This document shows positions 12,154 through 28,752 of a stretch of DNA of 64,000 bases, piece after piece; the stretch's first letter is position 1; each line of letters opens with the position of its first letter. The DNA comes from Sphagnum compactum (Eukaryota). The translations under genes were made by a program, and so were the position numbers. Where the stretch lies: positions 744,001 to 808,000 of the forward strand of contig OZ234493.1 in NCBI GenBank assembly GCA_965153455.1, written 5' to 3'. The notes below the pieces were generated by a model, which ran no database searches, had not been told where the DNA came from, and saw only the letters and a program-made list of their open reading frames with translations.

Positions 12154-14019
12154 ATGGCTGAGTGTCGAAAAGCTCATTGTCCTCCTCCTCCTCCTTACAT
12201 ACCAACAGGGCCCTTACACCCCAATTTTTCGGATCTTGGGAAAGTGCCAAGGGATTTGTTAACAAAGGGCTTCAGTCCAGGACACGTTCTTTCATTTTCT
12301 TGCTTGGGTCCTAAGAGTAGTGTGTTGACATCTACGGCCACAATTCAAACAGCTAGCACAGTTGGAGTAACAACTGCCAGCGTGGTGGAGGGATGCCGCA
12401 AGCATGAACTCTCATTCAGCACTCTCAATAACCAGGTACTTTCTGATACATTTCACAGTCTATCTGCACAAAGTGATGGCAATCAGAATGTCATGTATAA
12501 TTTTCTGTCTCTATAGCTTACATTTCTTCATGTTTTTATGCCTAGCTATGTTCATCTTTGTTGGATCTTGATAGGGCTCTGACTTCTGCCTGTAGAGAAA
12601 GGTCATGCTGATCTATTTGTAGTTTACCTCTTTGGTGTAAGGTTAGCTGTCTTGTGACAAGGTGCCCAACATTTTTTTCCCCAGTCCCTTGCCCACCTTA
12701 GACAGGGGCATTTGCTCTTCCACAGCAGATGGAGCTGTTTGCTCACCAAGGGTGAGAGGCAAGGATATGAGCAAACATCTTACGTTAAAGAGCTGGGTAC
12801 TGCCGAAAAGCTCATGAAAAGCTGAATGCTGAAGTGTGGACACCCTAACAGTTGTACTTCTAATCCTGTGGGAAGCTTTTCCCAGGTCCTGGCCTCTTTC
12901 TGTAGAATCCTTTTGACAAACAGTTGGTTGATTTTCACATGCAGATCACTGGTATATCATCATTCACTGATTTAGCAATCAGTGGATTGACAGCTACTGT
13001 GGAAGCTTCTGCACCTGGTGGAAGGCAGGATTCAAAAATAACTGTATGAAACCTCACTTTTACTTCTCATTTGTGTGGAATCATCCCTCTGGATGAGAGC
13101 TCTAGGGAACTACTTGAACATTACTAGTTAATGTAGAGGAAGATGGTCAACACCGGTAGCTCATATAGGGGTCAAACTGCAGGATACTTTTAATGTGTTG
13201 ATCCTCAGCAAATCCCCTTTTGGTGTGCAGTTGCAATATGTGAATGAAAACGCAAATATCTCTGCAAAAGTTTCCGGCACCCAACCTCATCCTGAAGTTG
13301 AACTCTCATTGGGTCTTGGCACCAGTTGCTTATCTGCTGGTGGAAGTGCACTGTTTGATGCACGCACACAGCGCATTATGAGTGCCAGAGCTGGTAAATC
13401 TCTCCTCTCTTGAGTTGCCACATGTGGAAGGTGTTAGTGTTAATTCCTTCACCAAATTTGATAATTGTGGCATATTTTTTTATGGGCCAGTTTTAAGGAA
13501 AATTTTCATGACAAAGTTTTGGAGAATATGTCACTACTGTGGTAAACATTGTCATTGCATGAGGGGACAACACCAAAATCTGTTGACAACCTAGAAACTG
13601 GTATCTTATGTTATTTGAGGACTTTTTAAACTCAAACTTCTCCTTACCTTTTTCTTGGTCCTTTCTGCACAGGGATTGGCTATCAAAATGAAAGCTTGTC
13701 AGCTGCTGTCTTATTTGACCCACTTACTGACAGATATATTGATGCCTACTTTTCCCGTGTAATTTCACCTGAATTGCAACTTGGAGCCATTCTGTCTCAC
13801 CAGATTGATCAGGGATTTGGCTCTGCAAAGGTTGGGGGATCGTATCATTGGGATAAACAATCAACAGTTAAGTGGCGGATAGATAGTCATGGAATGGCTG
13901 CAGGCTTGCTTCAGTACACACCTAATACCCGAATCACATTTGGTCTTCTCACAGACATCAACTTAAAGGACTTAGGGGCAAAACCCCAAATTGGATTGAG
14001 CATGAGCTTGAAAGCTTAA
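12154..14019 (+). CDS. VDAC: Mitochondrial outer-membrane porin (VDAC), divergent, 296 aa
   Basis: Exons 12154-12435, 12945-13043, 13231-13393, 13673-14019 (891 nt, all GT-AG, frame consistent). N-terminal helix PNFSDLGKVPRDLLTKGF, alternating beta-strand pattern, C-terminal beta-signal-like QIGLSMSLKA. Confidence 0.88.
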
Positions 14020-15235
14020 AGCTCTGTGGTTCTAGAGACTACATATTCCCTTGAGTCCTGATGAATTTAGTCCCTAACAACCATGATCCCCTTCAATGAG
14101 ATGCTGTGTTGCACACCTCAGCTCTGGATGTGAGAGGAATCAAAGGGTTTGTCCAGCCTTGAAGTTTCATCCTCATTGAAGTCAATCTACTCAATGTCCT
14201 GTTTCTACAAGAGGTACCAAAACCAAGTGCCATGGAGATGGACAGGCAAACATCTCCAGATCTTCCACAGAAAGCCATCCAAACTTTCCTCTTTATGCTG
14301 GGTACAGAATTCTGTCCCAACCAGGCTTTCCACAAATTTTCCACAGTGCAACTGTTAGGATTTTGTCTAGGTTGAGGTTGTCAAATGAAGATTGGAAAAG
14401 TTTTTCCAGTATGAATTGAACTTACCTGCATTTAGACTGTCTGAATTAATTGAGTGATAGGTTTTGACAGCTGAAATGTGGCTCTTAGAACTCAAACTAG
14501 TATCTTCAAAAAAAGGTAATCTCAAGAGAATTACCTTTGAAGGTGATGTTTGGAGACACAGGTCAAGCATTGCATAAAAGAAAAGCAGATGTATGTACTA
14601 TTAAAATCAGTGATAATCACTCATGAAGTCCAATAGTAAGACTCTTTGAGATTCAATACTTACAGCAGACTTGTGTAGGTATGTGTCCCCAATTTTCATG
14701 CATCTTTTATTGATTGGAATAAAACACCAGTCGAATGTGACAAATTGCTCAACTCTTGAGGAATTGTATGTGGTCATTCTAAGATGCAAAAAGTTTCTGA
14801 CCTGTTACATATGTAAACTGTCAACTACAGTCACTGAACATTTCTCTGTACCACGTCATATATGAGGGTAATTTGGCAGAATCCTCCTGCATTGTTTCAA
14901 AGTTCCTTAGTGCCAGGAAACCCTTAGGAACGGAATTCATGGCCAGAAGAAGGAAAGCTTGTTAAGATTTTGGGCATACCGCAACCAAATACAATTGTCC
15001 TCTTATCATATGATGATAGTTTCTGATAGTACCAAACTACTGCTTTGCCCTCAGATGACAAAAGACTAGCACAGAATTGGAATGTTTTCTTCTCCAATGT
15101 GAGAAGGATGCATTGGCAATCCTCGTTTCTGAAGCCAAAAGAATTGTCATGACCAACATCATGGGTTGCTTATTAACGTTGAAGGGTTATCTTATGACCA
15201 GTTTTGCATTGCAAAACGCATGTAACAATTGGATA

Positions 15236-16035
15236 CTATCCAGTGGTGTAGTGATTGTAAAAAGCCTCCAGGAACAAATAACATGTAAGTACAAAAACAC
15301 CTTGTAAATGGCCAAATATCACCCCTACAGCTACATCTAGAATGTAATGCCTACCTAGCGTAATGGGGGATATGGCAGTGGCCAGTGGCCAGGTATTCAG
15401 AAGAATCAAAGCAAACCTCAAAAAAAATTCATCATCTTCCCGCATAGTGACTGGGAAATTGTGCAATGATGACAATGATGTGAAATATCTGAACGAATTC
15501 AGAAGATGGGGCAGAAACAGTTGCTTGAACTTGTCTTTCCACAAACCAACATTAGCCTAACCAGTGTGGCAATCATCATTGCTCTTGTTAAATCACCACT
15601 TGGAAATGACCAGTGGTCCACAGCAACTACCACATGACCCTCATAGTACACAGGACGACTGTGCTTCACTGTCCCTTTGATGGCTCCAACAACAATGAGA
15701 TCAATAATGAATGTAATAAAATGATTGAAAACAAAAGCATGGGTTTCAGGAGAAAGAGCTGCTGGCAGCAACCAAATCAAAGCGGTTGCTGGGATCCAAA
15801 ACAATCCTTCGCTTGAGACCTCAAAGCTGCACGTAAACGGGTACAAATAGATACCCAGGCGGTGGACTTACTGTAAAAACTCTTGGTCATATTCCAACAT
15901 TTGTTCCAGAAAGCTTGTTGCCGCCGGTGCATCAGGAGTTGAATCGGAGGTAGAGGATATCACGGTTGGGTGATTGATAGTTCTTGAAACCAAGTCTTCT
16001 ATTTGATTTCGTTGCTTAAGGATCCCTGAATCCAT
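15236..16035 (-). pseudogene. Lipid phosphate phosphatase beta-like (PAP2 family) pseudogene, intronless
   Basis: ATG at 16035 (MDSGILKQ...), in-frame TAA at 15870-15868 (codon 56) and a frameshift near 15555-15560. PAP2 motifs: C1 KGTVKHSRP; C2 SFPSGD (normally PSGH); C3 SPITLGRHYILD (normally SRxxxxxHxxxD). Confidence 0.82.
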
Positions 16036-16754
16036 TTGGCCACACCTGATCTACCGATATACTTCCATACTCGCGGAGATGAAATTCACAGAATAGGTAT
16101 GCGATGACTTGGAAAGCTCTGCACCCATCAATTTCAACATGAAAAAAAGCACGAGACTTCATCGATATGCGATAAACTTGAATGTCACCATGTTTAGACT
16201 TCCGACGGACTACTGAGGACTACTCCCTTTCAGGAATCCAAGAGTAGCAAAACAGTACTACATTTCTCGTTGTGTTATGTTTGATCTTCGACAAGAAAGA
16301 AAGTAACTGAATAATAAGATGGTGATGAAGTGTGGCCCTTCAGAAAGGAGGTTACCTTTATAATCTAAGCACATTTCTTTCAGAAGATACTGTACTTTGC
16401 CTGCACAGGTAGTAAGAAACTCAGATCAAGATGAAAACAAAGCTTTCCTTAACTAGCTTTCAAGGGCGGGGAGTGGCAAGAAAACCACAATTCAATTATG
16501 CAGACGAAAAGGTATAGAGGTTCAAAAAGACAAAAGGTCAACTGGAGAAGCAGAGCTGTAGGCAACTGAAAACACAAACATTTCCTTGCAGAAAAACTGG
16601 ATTTCAACAACCTGCCGGCAGAAGCCGGAAAATGTCAATAGAGTCATTTGAAGCCATCAAGCTCTCACACATCTACTGCTCATGACAGCATCGCAGTGGT
16701 GTTCATGGTGATGGCTACATCGAGGGTTATGGTACTTCGTGGGGCTGCACTCTG

Positions 16755-16774
16755 TAGGGTTTTTAAAAACCCTA
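16755..16774. promoter_or_regulatory. Perfect 20-bp palindrome TAGGGTTTTTAAAAACCCTA containing a telo-box-like AAACCCTA on each strand
   Basis: Seen directly, between the divergently oriented LPP pseudogene and beta-tubulin. Confidence 0.45.
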
Positions 16775-16930
16775 TCTGCAGATTCCATTAAAGTTTTAGA
16801 GAAGGAAGAGTCAGATTACCGGACAACAAGCATCGTCTACAAGTACTGCGTTTCATCCATGTTTTGTGTCATCCATGGGAACGACGAATTGCAAGTTTGT
16901 TGTATAATGTAATGCGGCTTTGGTTCTGCC

Positions 16931-16958
16931 GGCGGTTGATGACAGTTATAAACTGCCG
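16931..16958 (+). promoter_or_regulatory. Candidate beta-tubulin core promoter: MYB-type sites (GGCGGTT, GACAGTT, AACTGCC) around TATAAA
   Basis: GGCGGTT at 16931-16937 and TATAAA at 16947-16952, about 240 bp upstream of the ATG, followed by a pyrimidine-rich leader. Confidence 0.4.
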
Positions 16959-17187
16959 CGCAACAGCCGCCCGCTCGCTCGCACATCCCGCTGCAATCTC
17001 TTCCATATTTCAACTGCAATCAAGTGAAGCACACTTCCCCCTTCTCATGTGTTCTCTCCTCCCCTCAGTCCAGTTCACAATTCTCTCCCAATTTGAACCT
17101 CCAGATAAAACTCCCCGAGGATCATAATTCTTCTTCATCCACATTCAAATTCTTCTTTACCCATATAATTCATAAGGGCGCACCAGC

Positions 17188-20390
<3,203 letters not shown>

Positions 20391-23300
20391 AACAAACAAG
20401 CTACCTTAGCGCAAAATTTGGGGGCAAGCTCAAACCAGCAACGATAGTTAACAACAATAGGAATTGTTCCATGATGTTCCCAAAGAATGAACTCAGGGTT
20501 CATAGTAACACCTGCTGAACATTCCTCAAAATGTGGGACCAAATGAGAACTACATGGGTGACCCTTCTTAGTCTCTCTCTCTCCCTTCCAGGACGAGCTT
20601 ACAAACATAGTGTTATTACCCACTCAGCTTAAATTTGAAATTAAATTTGTGCTTATTAGGCTAGAACAAACATAGTACATAAACCATATTCAAGGTAAAT
20701 TTGCCATTGTTTTGCCATCATGAGATGTTTAGATTATGGAACATATGAGACGTAAAAAGTGTTTTAAGATAGCAACATCTTATAACATTTGTGCTATTGA
20801 GATTTGTTTTTCCATCCTTTGTCACCGTCTAGTAGGCTATCTCAATGAGCTTGGGGATCATCTCAAAAATATTGAAATCATCTCAATTAGTAAAAACCAT
20901 TCATTCACATGTTAGTTGTACCTTGTGTGTGTGTGTGTGTGGATCTATTGAAGTGGATTTGTCCATAAATGTCGTGAGGTCATCATGACCATTGCCAAAT
21001 TTAGATAAATTCATACTTGAATTGTATTTCAATCATATCTATTTACATTGTATAATTTTATGACCTGTTAGTTTAGGATGGGTTTAAACTTAACATGTGC
21101 CTTATCACAATTGCTATAGTCAAAAGGACTATTGCTCTGCAAAGGACACTCTCCAATTCACAAACTTCAACTATAAATTTTACTTTTTTGTTATTTTTTT
21201 CTGTTTGGAATGATAATGAGTTTTATAAGTTGTAAAAACACAAAGATAATTTATTTTTAAAATTTGGTGGATAATTGAATATCGTTAAGATTCTTAAAAG
21301 ACAAATTTCAAAACATATCCCAATCATTTTAATATTTCATAAAAATCAATAACACTTAATGAAATTATGTCAAATTGAACTAAATTTCAACCATAACAAA
21401 TTATGTTGCTAGATATCCAATGCCAAATTATATCATATATACTTTTCAAATTCTTGATACACTCTTTGAAAAATGAAATTTCAAAAAAATTCAAAAAAAG
21501 GTCATAGTAAATAAACATTTTTTATGTGAACTATAAAACACATATGAAATATGTCCACACATTAAACTAATGTTGGATGCAATTTTTTCTTACAAAACAT
21601 TGAATTTTTTTTTAATGTGCATACGAAGAATTGCATGTGTCACACATCCAAAATTGTTTTCTTTATAGTTTTAGGACTACTTGAAATCCTTCTTCTTGAT
21701 CCTAAGGGGTACTTTGATTGTAACTATGACATATGGTTATTTTTAAAGTAGAGCACTTCTAACATGAAGGTAGATTAAGGTGTAAATGACATAACACGAA
21801 CCACACTTGCTTACTTTTTGACTGCTTTTATGACTGCTTTTGAGGAAATATTCTTAAAATATTTCAAGAATATTCTTGAAAAAACTTCGAAAAAATCTTT
21901 AATTTTTTTAAAATTCATACTATTTCATTAAGGTTAATGTGTTAAAAAGTTGGCAAAAAATGTCATTTTCAAAAAAATTGAAATCTATTTACAAGTCATT
22001 TTATTACTTAAATGCAAGCGTTATAATGTTTAATGAGTGATTTTGTTTATTTTTTATTCATTGAATTAATTTCAAATTAATTCACATGTTCCCATGATAT
22101 ATTAAAAATACAACTATATAAACAAATCTTATAATTTCAACATCAAATTAAATTACAAATTTAAAACATGAAAAAATCAAGCAAGCATTACACTTACTAT
22201 GGTACGTGTTATTGTGAATGCACCCATTATATAACACAACCTCATAACACACACACAATAAGAAGATGAAAATTTTATGTCTTGGAGTAAGATTAATCAC
22301 ATAAAGCATCGTCATGTGAGTTAACCAAAAAACATTTCTATCATAACATTTCACTTTATGGGGATCATGCATGACATCCACATAAATTTTCTCCCATTAC
22401 AAAACATTTTGACAACTTTGATACTTTTGATCAATTTATTGTACTATAAGTTTCAATATCCAAACAAATTGGATTATTATCCCCTGGGCCTCCTTTTCGT
22501 ATAGGTTCAATGCAAAAAAACATTTATCAATTACTTAAGGCCCATTGGATTATGCCATCTATTAGCTAATCTATAGTTTTTAGAATTATCCATTATTTTC
22601 ATGGATGAGTTCTTACATTATTAGTTGACATATTTTCCTTTAAATTGTAGCATATTTGGCACATATTGGATCAAATCAATTGATTCACATTATGTGTTCT
22701 TAACCCAAAATAGTTAAGTTCAATGAATAATAAGTTCATGAATCGAAAATTGCATCCATATATCAAAGATTCCAATGCATTTAAGTTCCATAAGGTACTA
22801 ACTTTTTTATTGGCCATTGTCCACATATATACTTAATATTTTTCCTAGGCCATGATTATTTTAACTAGTTGTAGATTATATATATATGGCATGACATCAT
22901 ACATGACCTTTAATATCCATAATTTACCAAAACCTATCATGCACATGATTAGCCATAATTTGTGATTATATAATTAGAATGTGTTTATTTGATTATGCAA
23001 AATCAACTACCCTTCATTGTCATTTGACTACATGCTTGGGTCAATCATTTTTGTAAATGTAATTTTACACATGAATATAATATAAGATCCCATATATTGC
23101 TTGTTGTGGAAAATTTATAATTCAATTACTATTATAGTAAAATTATGTTTATTTTCAAAATCCATATATAGTTAATATAGGGTATGCATTAATAATAAAT
23201 ATAATTAACATATGTACAACAAATTTATAATAAGTTATAGTTGTTAGTACGTTCAATTAATAGGATGTTGAAAATGCAAATTATTTCAAAAGTTTAAAAT

Positions 23301-26300
23301 AAAAATGACAATATTAATGAAGTGGTATTTGTTTGGTTAGGATAAAAAGTTTATAAAAATTCAATTGTAACAATGCAAAGTGCTCCATTTACTTAGGTTG
23401 CAATACACACCTTGTTTTCTTTGATTCTGAAAACCAAACGTTTTATTTTTGTATTTCTTTTTCCATGCAAACAAACCAAATGTTTGTTAGTTACAATGAA
23501 ATTTTTATGAGTGTGAAACATGGTTTTCATCATTTGGAATGTCATCAATCTTACATATTGAAATGTTCCATGCATGATAAGTTCCTTTAGTCATGCAAAA
23601 TCAACTTCCTTCCTTCGACAATGTTTTTCATCTTTTTAAATAAAATTAAAATTTTAAAGAAAGAGATGGTGCCAAAATTCAATGTAAACATATAATTTGA
23701 ATTAAATTTAGGCCAATTTAAATACATGATACAAGAATTTTAGATAATAATAAGGTGAAAAAACTTAAAGTTCACCCACATAGTACCCCAAATAATATCC
23801 TCTTTCATGCATGTAATGGGAAAACTTAAAACATAATTGCCATTTGATAATTATTATTAATGAAAATTTAGTCAATATTAACAATTTATTCATTATTAAA
23901 GTTTTCATCTTTGTAGTTTTTTTTTCATGTATTATTTGACCTTTGATGGGTATTGGCAAGGTAAAGTAGACAAAAAAAAAGTAGTCTGCCCAAAATCCAA
24001 TTAAAATATGGAACAATTTTATATATGGATACAAGAAAGTAGATTCAAAATATTTTGAAGTAAAAATATAAAACCATAGGGTCTTACATTTAGTTTATAA
24101 GAAGTCGAATACAAAATTTAACTGACCTTGGTATCATAAAAGTAGGTTGAAAGTACGTTTGAAACTAATTAGGTCAAAATGGTGTTCAAGCTTACTTCAT
24201 ATTAAAATTTTAATATATTAGGATTAGAGCATCCATAATTTGACAATACATAAATATATTTTAATGCTCCACTAAGTTGAATTTTTTTAAAAAACAATAT
24301 TTCATCGACATGTAACCCATTTTGTAAAATCAAACATTTTGTGCAAGTATAAATATTAAAAAATTCTACTTCATTCTATTTTCAAGATGAGGTTTTTCAA
24401 CATTTTAAATATAAAATAAAATATTACAATCATGTCAATTATTATACAAAAAACATTTCTACTTCCAATACATTAAAACTTTTTCATGGCTACATGTAAT
24501 TGTTTTTTACGAGCAGTGAACCGTCTACTTTACCTTGCTTACACCTTGATATCAAATTTTTTTTGTGTTATGGAGGAAGTTTTGTTGCAATTTTAGGGAA
24601 GAGATGACAATAATTAACAATATCATGACCCACACAAATTTTGATTTTACACATCAAAATAATTTTAACCCAATGTTTTTTAAAAAATAATGGTTTGAAT
24701 GCATGTAAAGGATAAAAATGAAGTTTAGAATTTTAATTTCAAATTTTCATAATAAATAATAATAATCAAAAGACATTACATTAGATTTTTTGTGAGAATT
24801 ATGTTTAATTCAATGCACAAATCTTTGAAACTAGAACTTTAAAATTTCATTTAAACAATAGATATATGAAAACCAAAACACATCGAAAGGTTTGGATATG
24901 TGAAATATTTGAAATATACATATCTTTATGATTATGCATTTTTATTATTATCACAAATTGAACCTATGTGATGGGTTGATTACAAACTTGGTTCAACACG
25001 ATGTATAATGAAGGTCTAATTTAAGATTATATGACAATCAATCAATCAAATTTATATGATTGCATCTAAGTAGTGAAACTAGATACTTTTGACTAACATG
25101 ATTATAATATAATCAAACTCATGATTTTAACCATGGCATATATAACTATGTCCACATTATTGGCAATTTTCATGATTATGATCTAAATTAATAAAAGCTT
25201 AAATTTAATAAAATAATAATAATGATATATTAAATTGAAATGTGATTTTTATAAAAAAAACACGATCATGAAAACTACCACCCATATAAACATAATTGTA
25301 GATGTGATGATAAACGCCACAATTTACAAGTTCAATTCAACTATGAAATCACCAAATCAATGTGTCACCTATATGATTGGTATATATACCTAATCATGTA
25401 CAAAATCCAAGAATTTTGGGTAGTGGTTTAATTTATTGATACATATCATTGATATTTGACAATAATGAAAATGTTTAAACTTGTCATGTTTGGTCTTCCC
25501 AACTCTCCTATTTGTCCCCATTGAAGTAAATGTTTATTCATATGTTAGACAAAATGTTCATTTTAGGTATGGCTTGAATTATTTTGAAAATCATTTCTTG
25601 AAATAAATTTTCCTTTGATTGTGGCATTATCATAGGTTGCGAAACACACCTTTAGGCTATTTGAACAATGTTAATGACCATATTCAATTTTGTGAGATGG
25701 AATTCATTGATTTGATTTTAATTTACATTGGGTTTTTATTTTTTTGAAAAATCTTTAAATCCAAGACCTTTCTAAATCCAAAAATATTATTCCCACCCAC
25801 ATTGTCAAAGATAAAAAAAAATTAAAGAAAAACATCACAAACTTACCATGCTTCGTAGATTCATGCAAAAATTGTATGAATTCCATGTTATGATTAATAT
25901 GAACAATATTTGTATATATTCAATATTTTAAATATTCAAATGGATGAGACATTGTTTTGAATGGCATGAAATGTTCATGATTAATACACAAAATTTGCAT
26001 AGTTTTATGTAAATTTACATCACTATAATTGCACAGATTTAGTTAAAATGTATATTATACGTACTTCATATCAAAACATCATACGTCAAAAAAATCTCAT
26101 GTATATAAATGCCGTTTTTTCACTTTGAAGCCCATGGATTTTGCACAAACATATTGTTTTATGAATTTTGCACGGATTCTATTGAAATCTCATGATATTA
26201 AAAGTTTTTTATGAAGATATATGAAATTGACAAATTACAAATTGACAATGAAAGAAAAACACATTATTTAATTAATGGAAAAAAACATGATAGAAAGTTA

Positions 26301-28587
26301 TAGTTGAAATATAAGTGTAATACATAAGCCATAATTTTTGTGTTGAGAAGATTAATGAATATTAATGCCTTAAATGCTTATTATGTGCACTATCCCATGC
26401 AACCTGCTAAGGTTCCATCAAAGTAGATACACAATTGAATGTCTCACTATTGTGCTGAAACTGTGTTTTTTTCCTCGATACCCTTTATTCAAATGCATAT
26501 GGTGATTAATGTATTTTTAGATTTAGTAATTAGGACTTGGATTTAAACTAACAATTTCATCATGAAGATAACTGTGTGATTATTTATTGATAAAAAAATT
26601 CATTTGTTAGTAGTAATGAACTATTGAAATCGAAAATATGGATTCATTGTTTGACTAGACCATCACAAAATGAAAAAATATATATTGATTCACATTCCAA
26701 ATTTGTTATTGGGAGTCAATATATGATGTAATGCAATATAAAAAATTCATATGAAGACTCTTTTATTTGAAAACTTTCACTGTTTGATAGTTTAGGACTT
26801 TTGAATGGTTAAAATTTAATCATATTTTCATAAGTCCATATGAGTTGTAATTTTTGTTTATTTTTCTTTCTTTGTTCCAAAAACATATGTTTTTGAAAGT
26901 TTGAAATGGGCATTATTCCTATGAACTTTGTGGGTTTTTGTTTTAAAATTTCCAAATTAAAACATGACATCAATTACATTAAATACAAGTTTTCACATAT
27001 ATTTGGGAAAGTTTATAAGTGATTGAACATGTATTATTCAAATATTAGAATAATAACATTTTTAAAAATAAAAACCATGTCCATTTGAATCATTTAAAAA
27101 AATCTTGTATGGACTTATAAAGAGTGTAAATTTTGCCAATACTGAAACATTTAATCGTGCATTCACCCATCAATTTTTTAATACATTCCATCAATTAGGA
27201 TTTTTAAAAATCTTTTGCCCACTAAACATTTAAAAACCTTCTAAGGTGGATAGGTTAGTGAACAGACACTTAAAAATTCAAATGAGGTTAAATCCTCACA
27301 CATTGTTCTTCTGATTTTGAAGCTCCAATAACATTTTTAATCTTCCACCTAACATTTCCAACACCGCAAAAATCTTTTAATTTCGTAAAGGAATGGGCAA
27401 GATAAGAGGTGTTTGGTGTCAAGGGGTTCAATGTTTAGTGAGGAGTGATTTACAACAAATTAGGATTTTGAACTTAAGATTTTTTAGTGTTCCATCTTTA
27501 CTTTTGGAATACTTTTTTTTTTGGTGAAGCCATAGTTGACACACCCATTGAGTTTTAAATCACTCAAAACATACGAACAATGAAGAAGATATGGGGTTGG
27601 AACTAAAGAAGGGTTTCGAGCTACTTCTTTCAAAATTTTTGAAACAAACTATCATTCATCCAATCCCATGTTTTCTACATTGTTCCTTTATTTCTAACGC
27701 TGAAAGAACATTTGTAGCTTTCCAATTTACACATCTAATGACACAAAAATCATTCAATTTGACTAAATATATTGAAAAATGTTTGATGATGAATACATGT
27801 TTGATGATGGGCATTTCTACCCTACCAACTTGACCTTTTAAAACATTATCATGTGCTACTACATCAATAACCAACACTATCAAAATTAACAAAGTCAAAC
27901 ACATGAAAACATGCACACGAATTAAAATGTATTCATTTACAAACTACAAAAATCTAAATTCAAATCAAATTCAAAGAAAACACAAACTTCGCATTAACCA
28001 CGCCTCTTGTTCCATTGGTGTGCTATGAAATCTCATTACACAAAAAAATATACCTTAAAGATAAATCCCCCATCACATAAAATAACCGAAATCTTACTCA
28101 CATTAAATTGGATTCGAACCATAAACCAAATTTTACATATATATATATATATATATTCTACAATAAAAACCCAATACCCTTATGTTAACCTAACTTTTTA
28201 AAATGTTATACAACTTTTACAATAAGGACATTTTTGCAACAAATATTTTACTAATTTTTAAAATATTTATATGGATCCTTATATCAATGACATTATTGGG
28301 ATATTATTAAAAATTTTAAAAATTAAAGAACCTAAACTAAAGGTTCTTTTCAAAATCAAGAACCAAACAATATAATTTTGATCCAAGTCCAAATAATTCA
28401 AACATTAACTTTTTAAATGAAAATACAATTTTGGATCTTGACAATTTTCTTTCTCGACTTCCATAAACCTCACATTTTGTGTGAAAATGTGCTTCAGCAT
28501 CTTCAACCCATGCTATCATAGCACAAATTTACAAGATTCATGGGTTTTTTCCAAATCCATATGAAATTTATTATTTCATAGGTTTAC

Positions 28588-28752
28588 ATTGTTTAAACAC
28601 GAATGTCATACATTATTTAAACACAAAAGTCATGTGCACGAGTTTCATGTGTAAACAACACAAATAAACATACAACATTTGCGTTTAAACAATACGAATA
28701 AACATATGACATTCATGTTTAAGTAATGCATACAACATTGATATTCAAACAA
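28588..28752. repeat. Degenerate short tandem repeats with a TGTTTAAACA core in AT-rich intergenic DNA
   Basis: Five to six diverged copies visible. Confidence 0.5.

Noticed and set aside
15827..15871. 45-nt GT-AG intron that would remove the LPP premature stop
   Set aside because: Too short for a typical plant intron, the segment appears to align with coding sequence of homologs, and the frameshift and catalytic lesions would remain.
16652..16717. Imperfect ~65-nt hairpin upstream of tubulin as a possible miRNA or tRNA
   Set aside because: Short, bulged stems with no cloverleaf and no known miRNA match.
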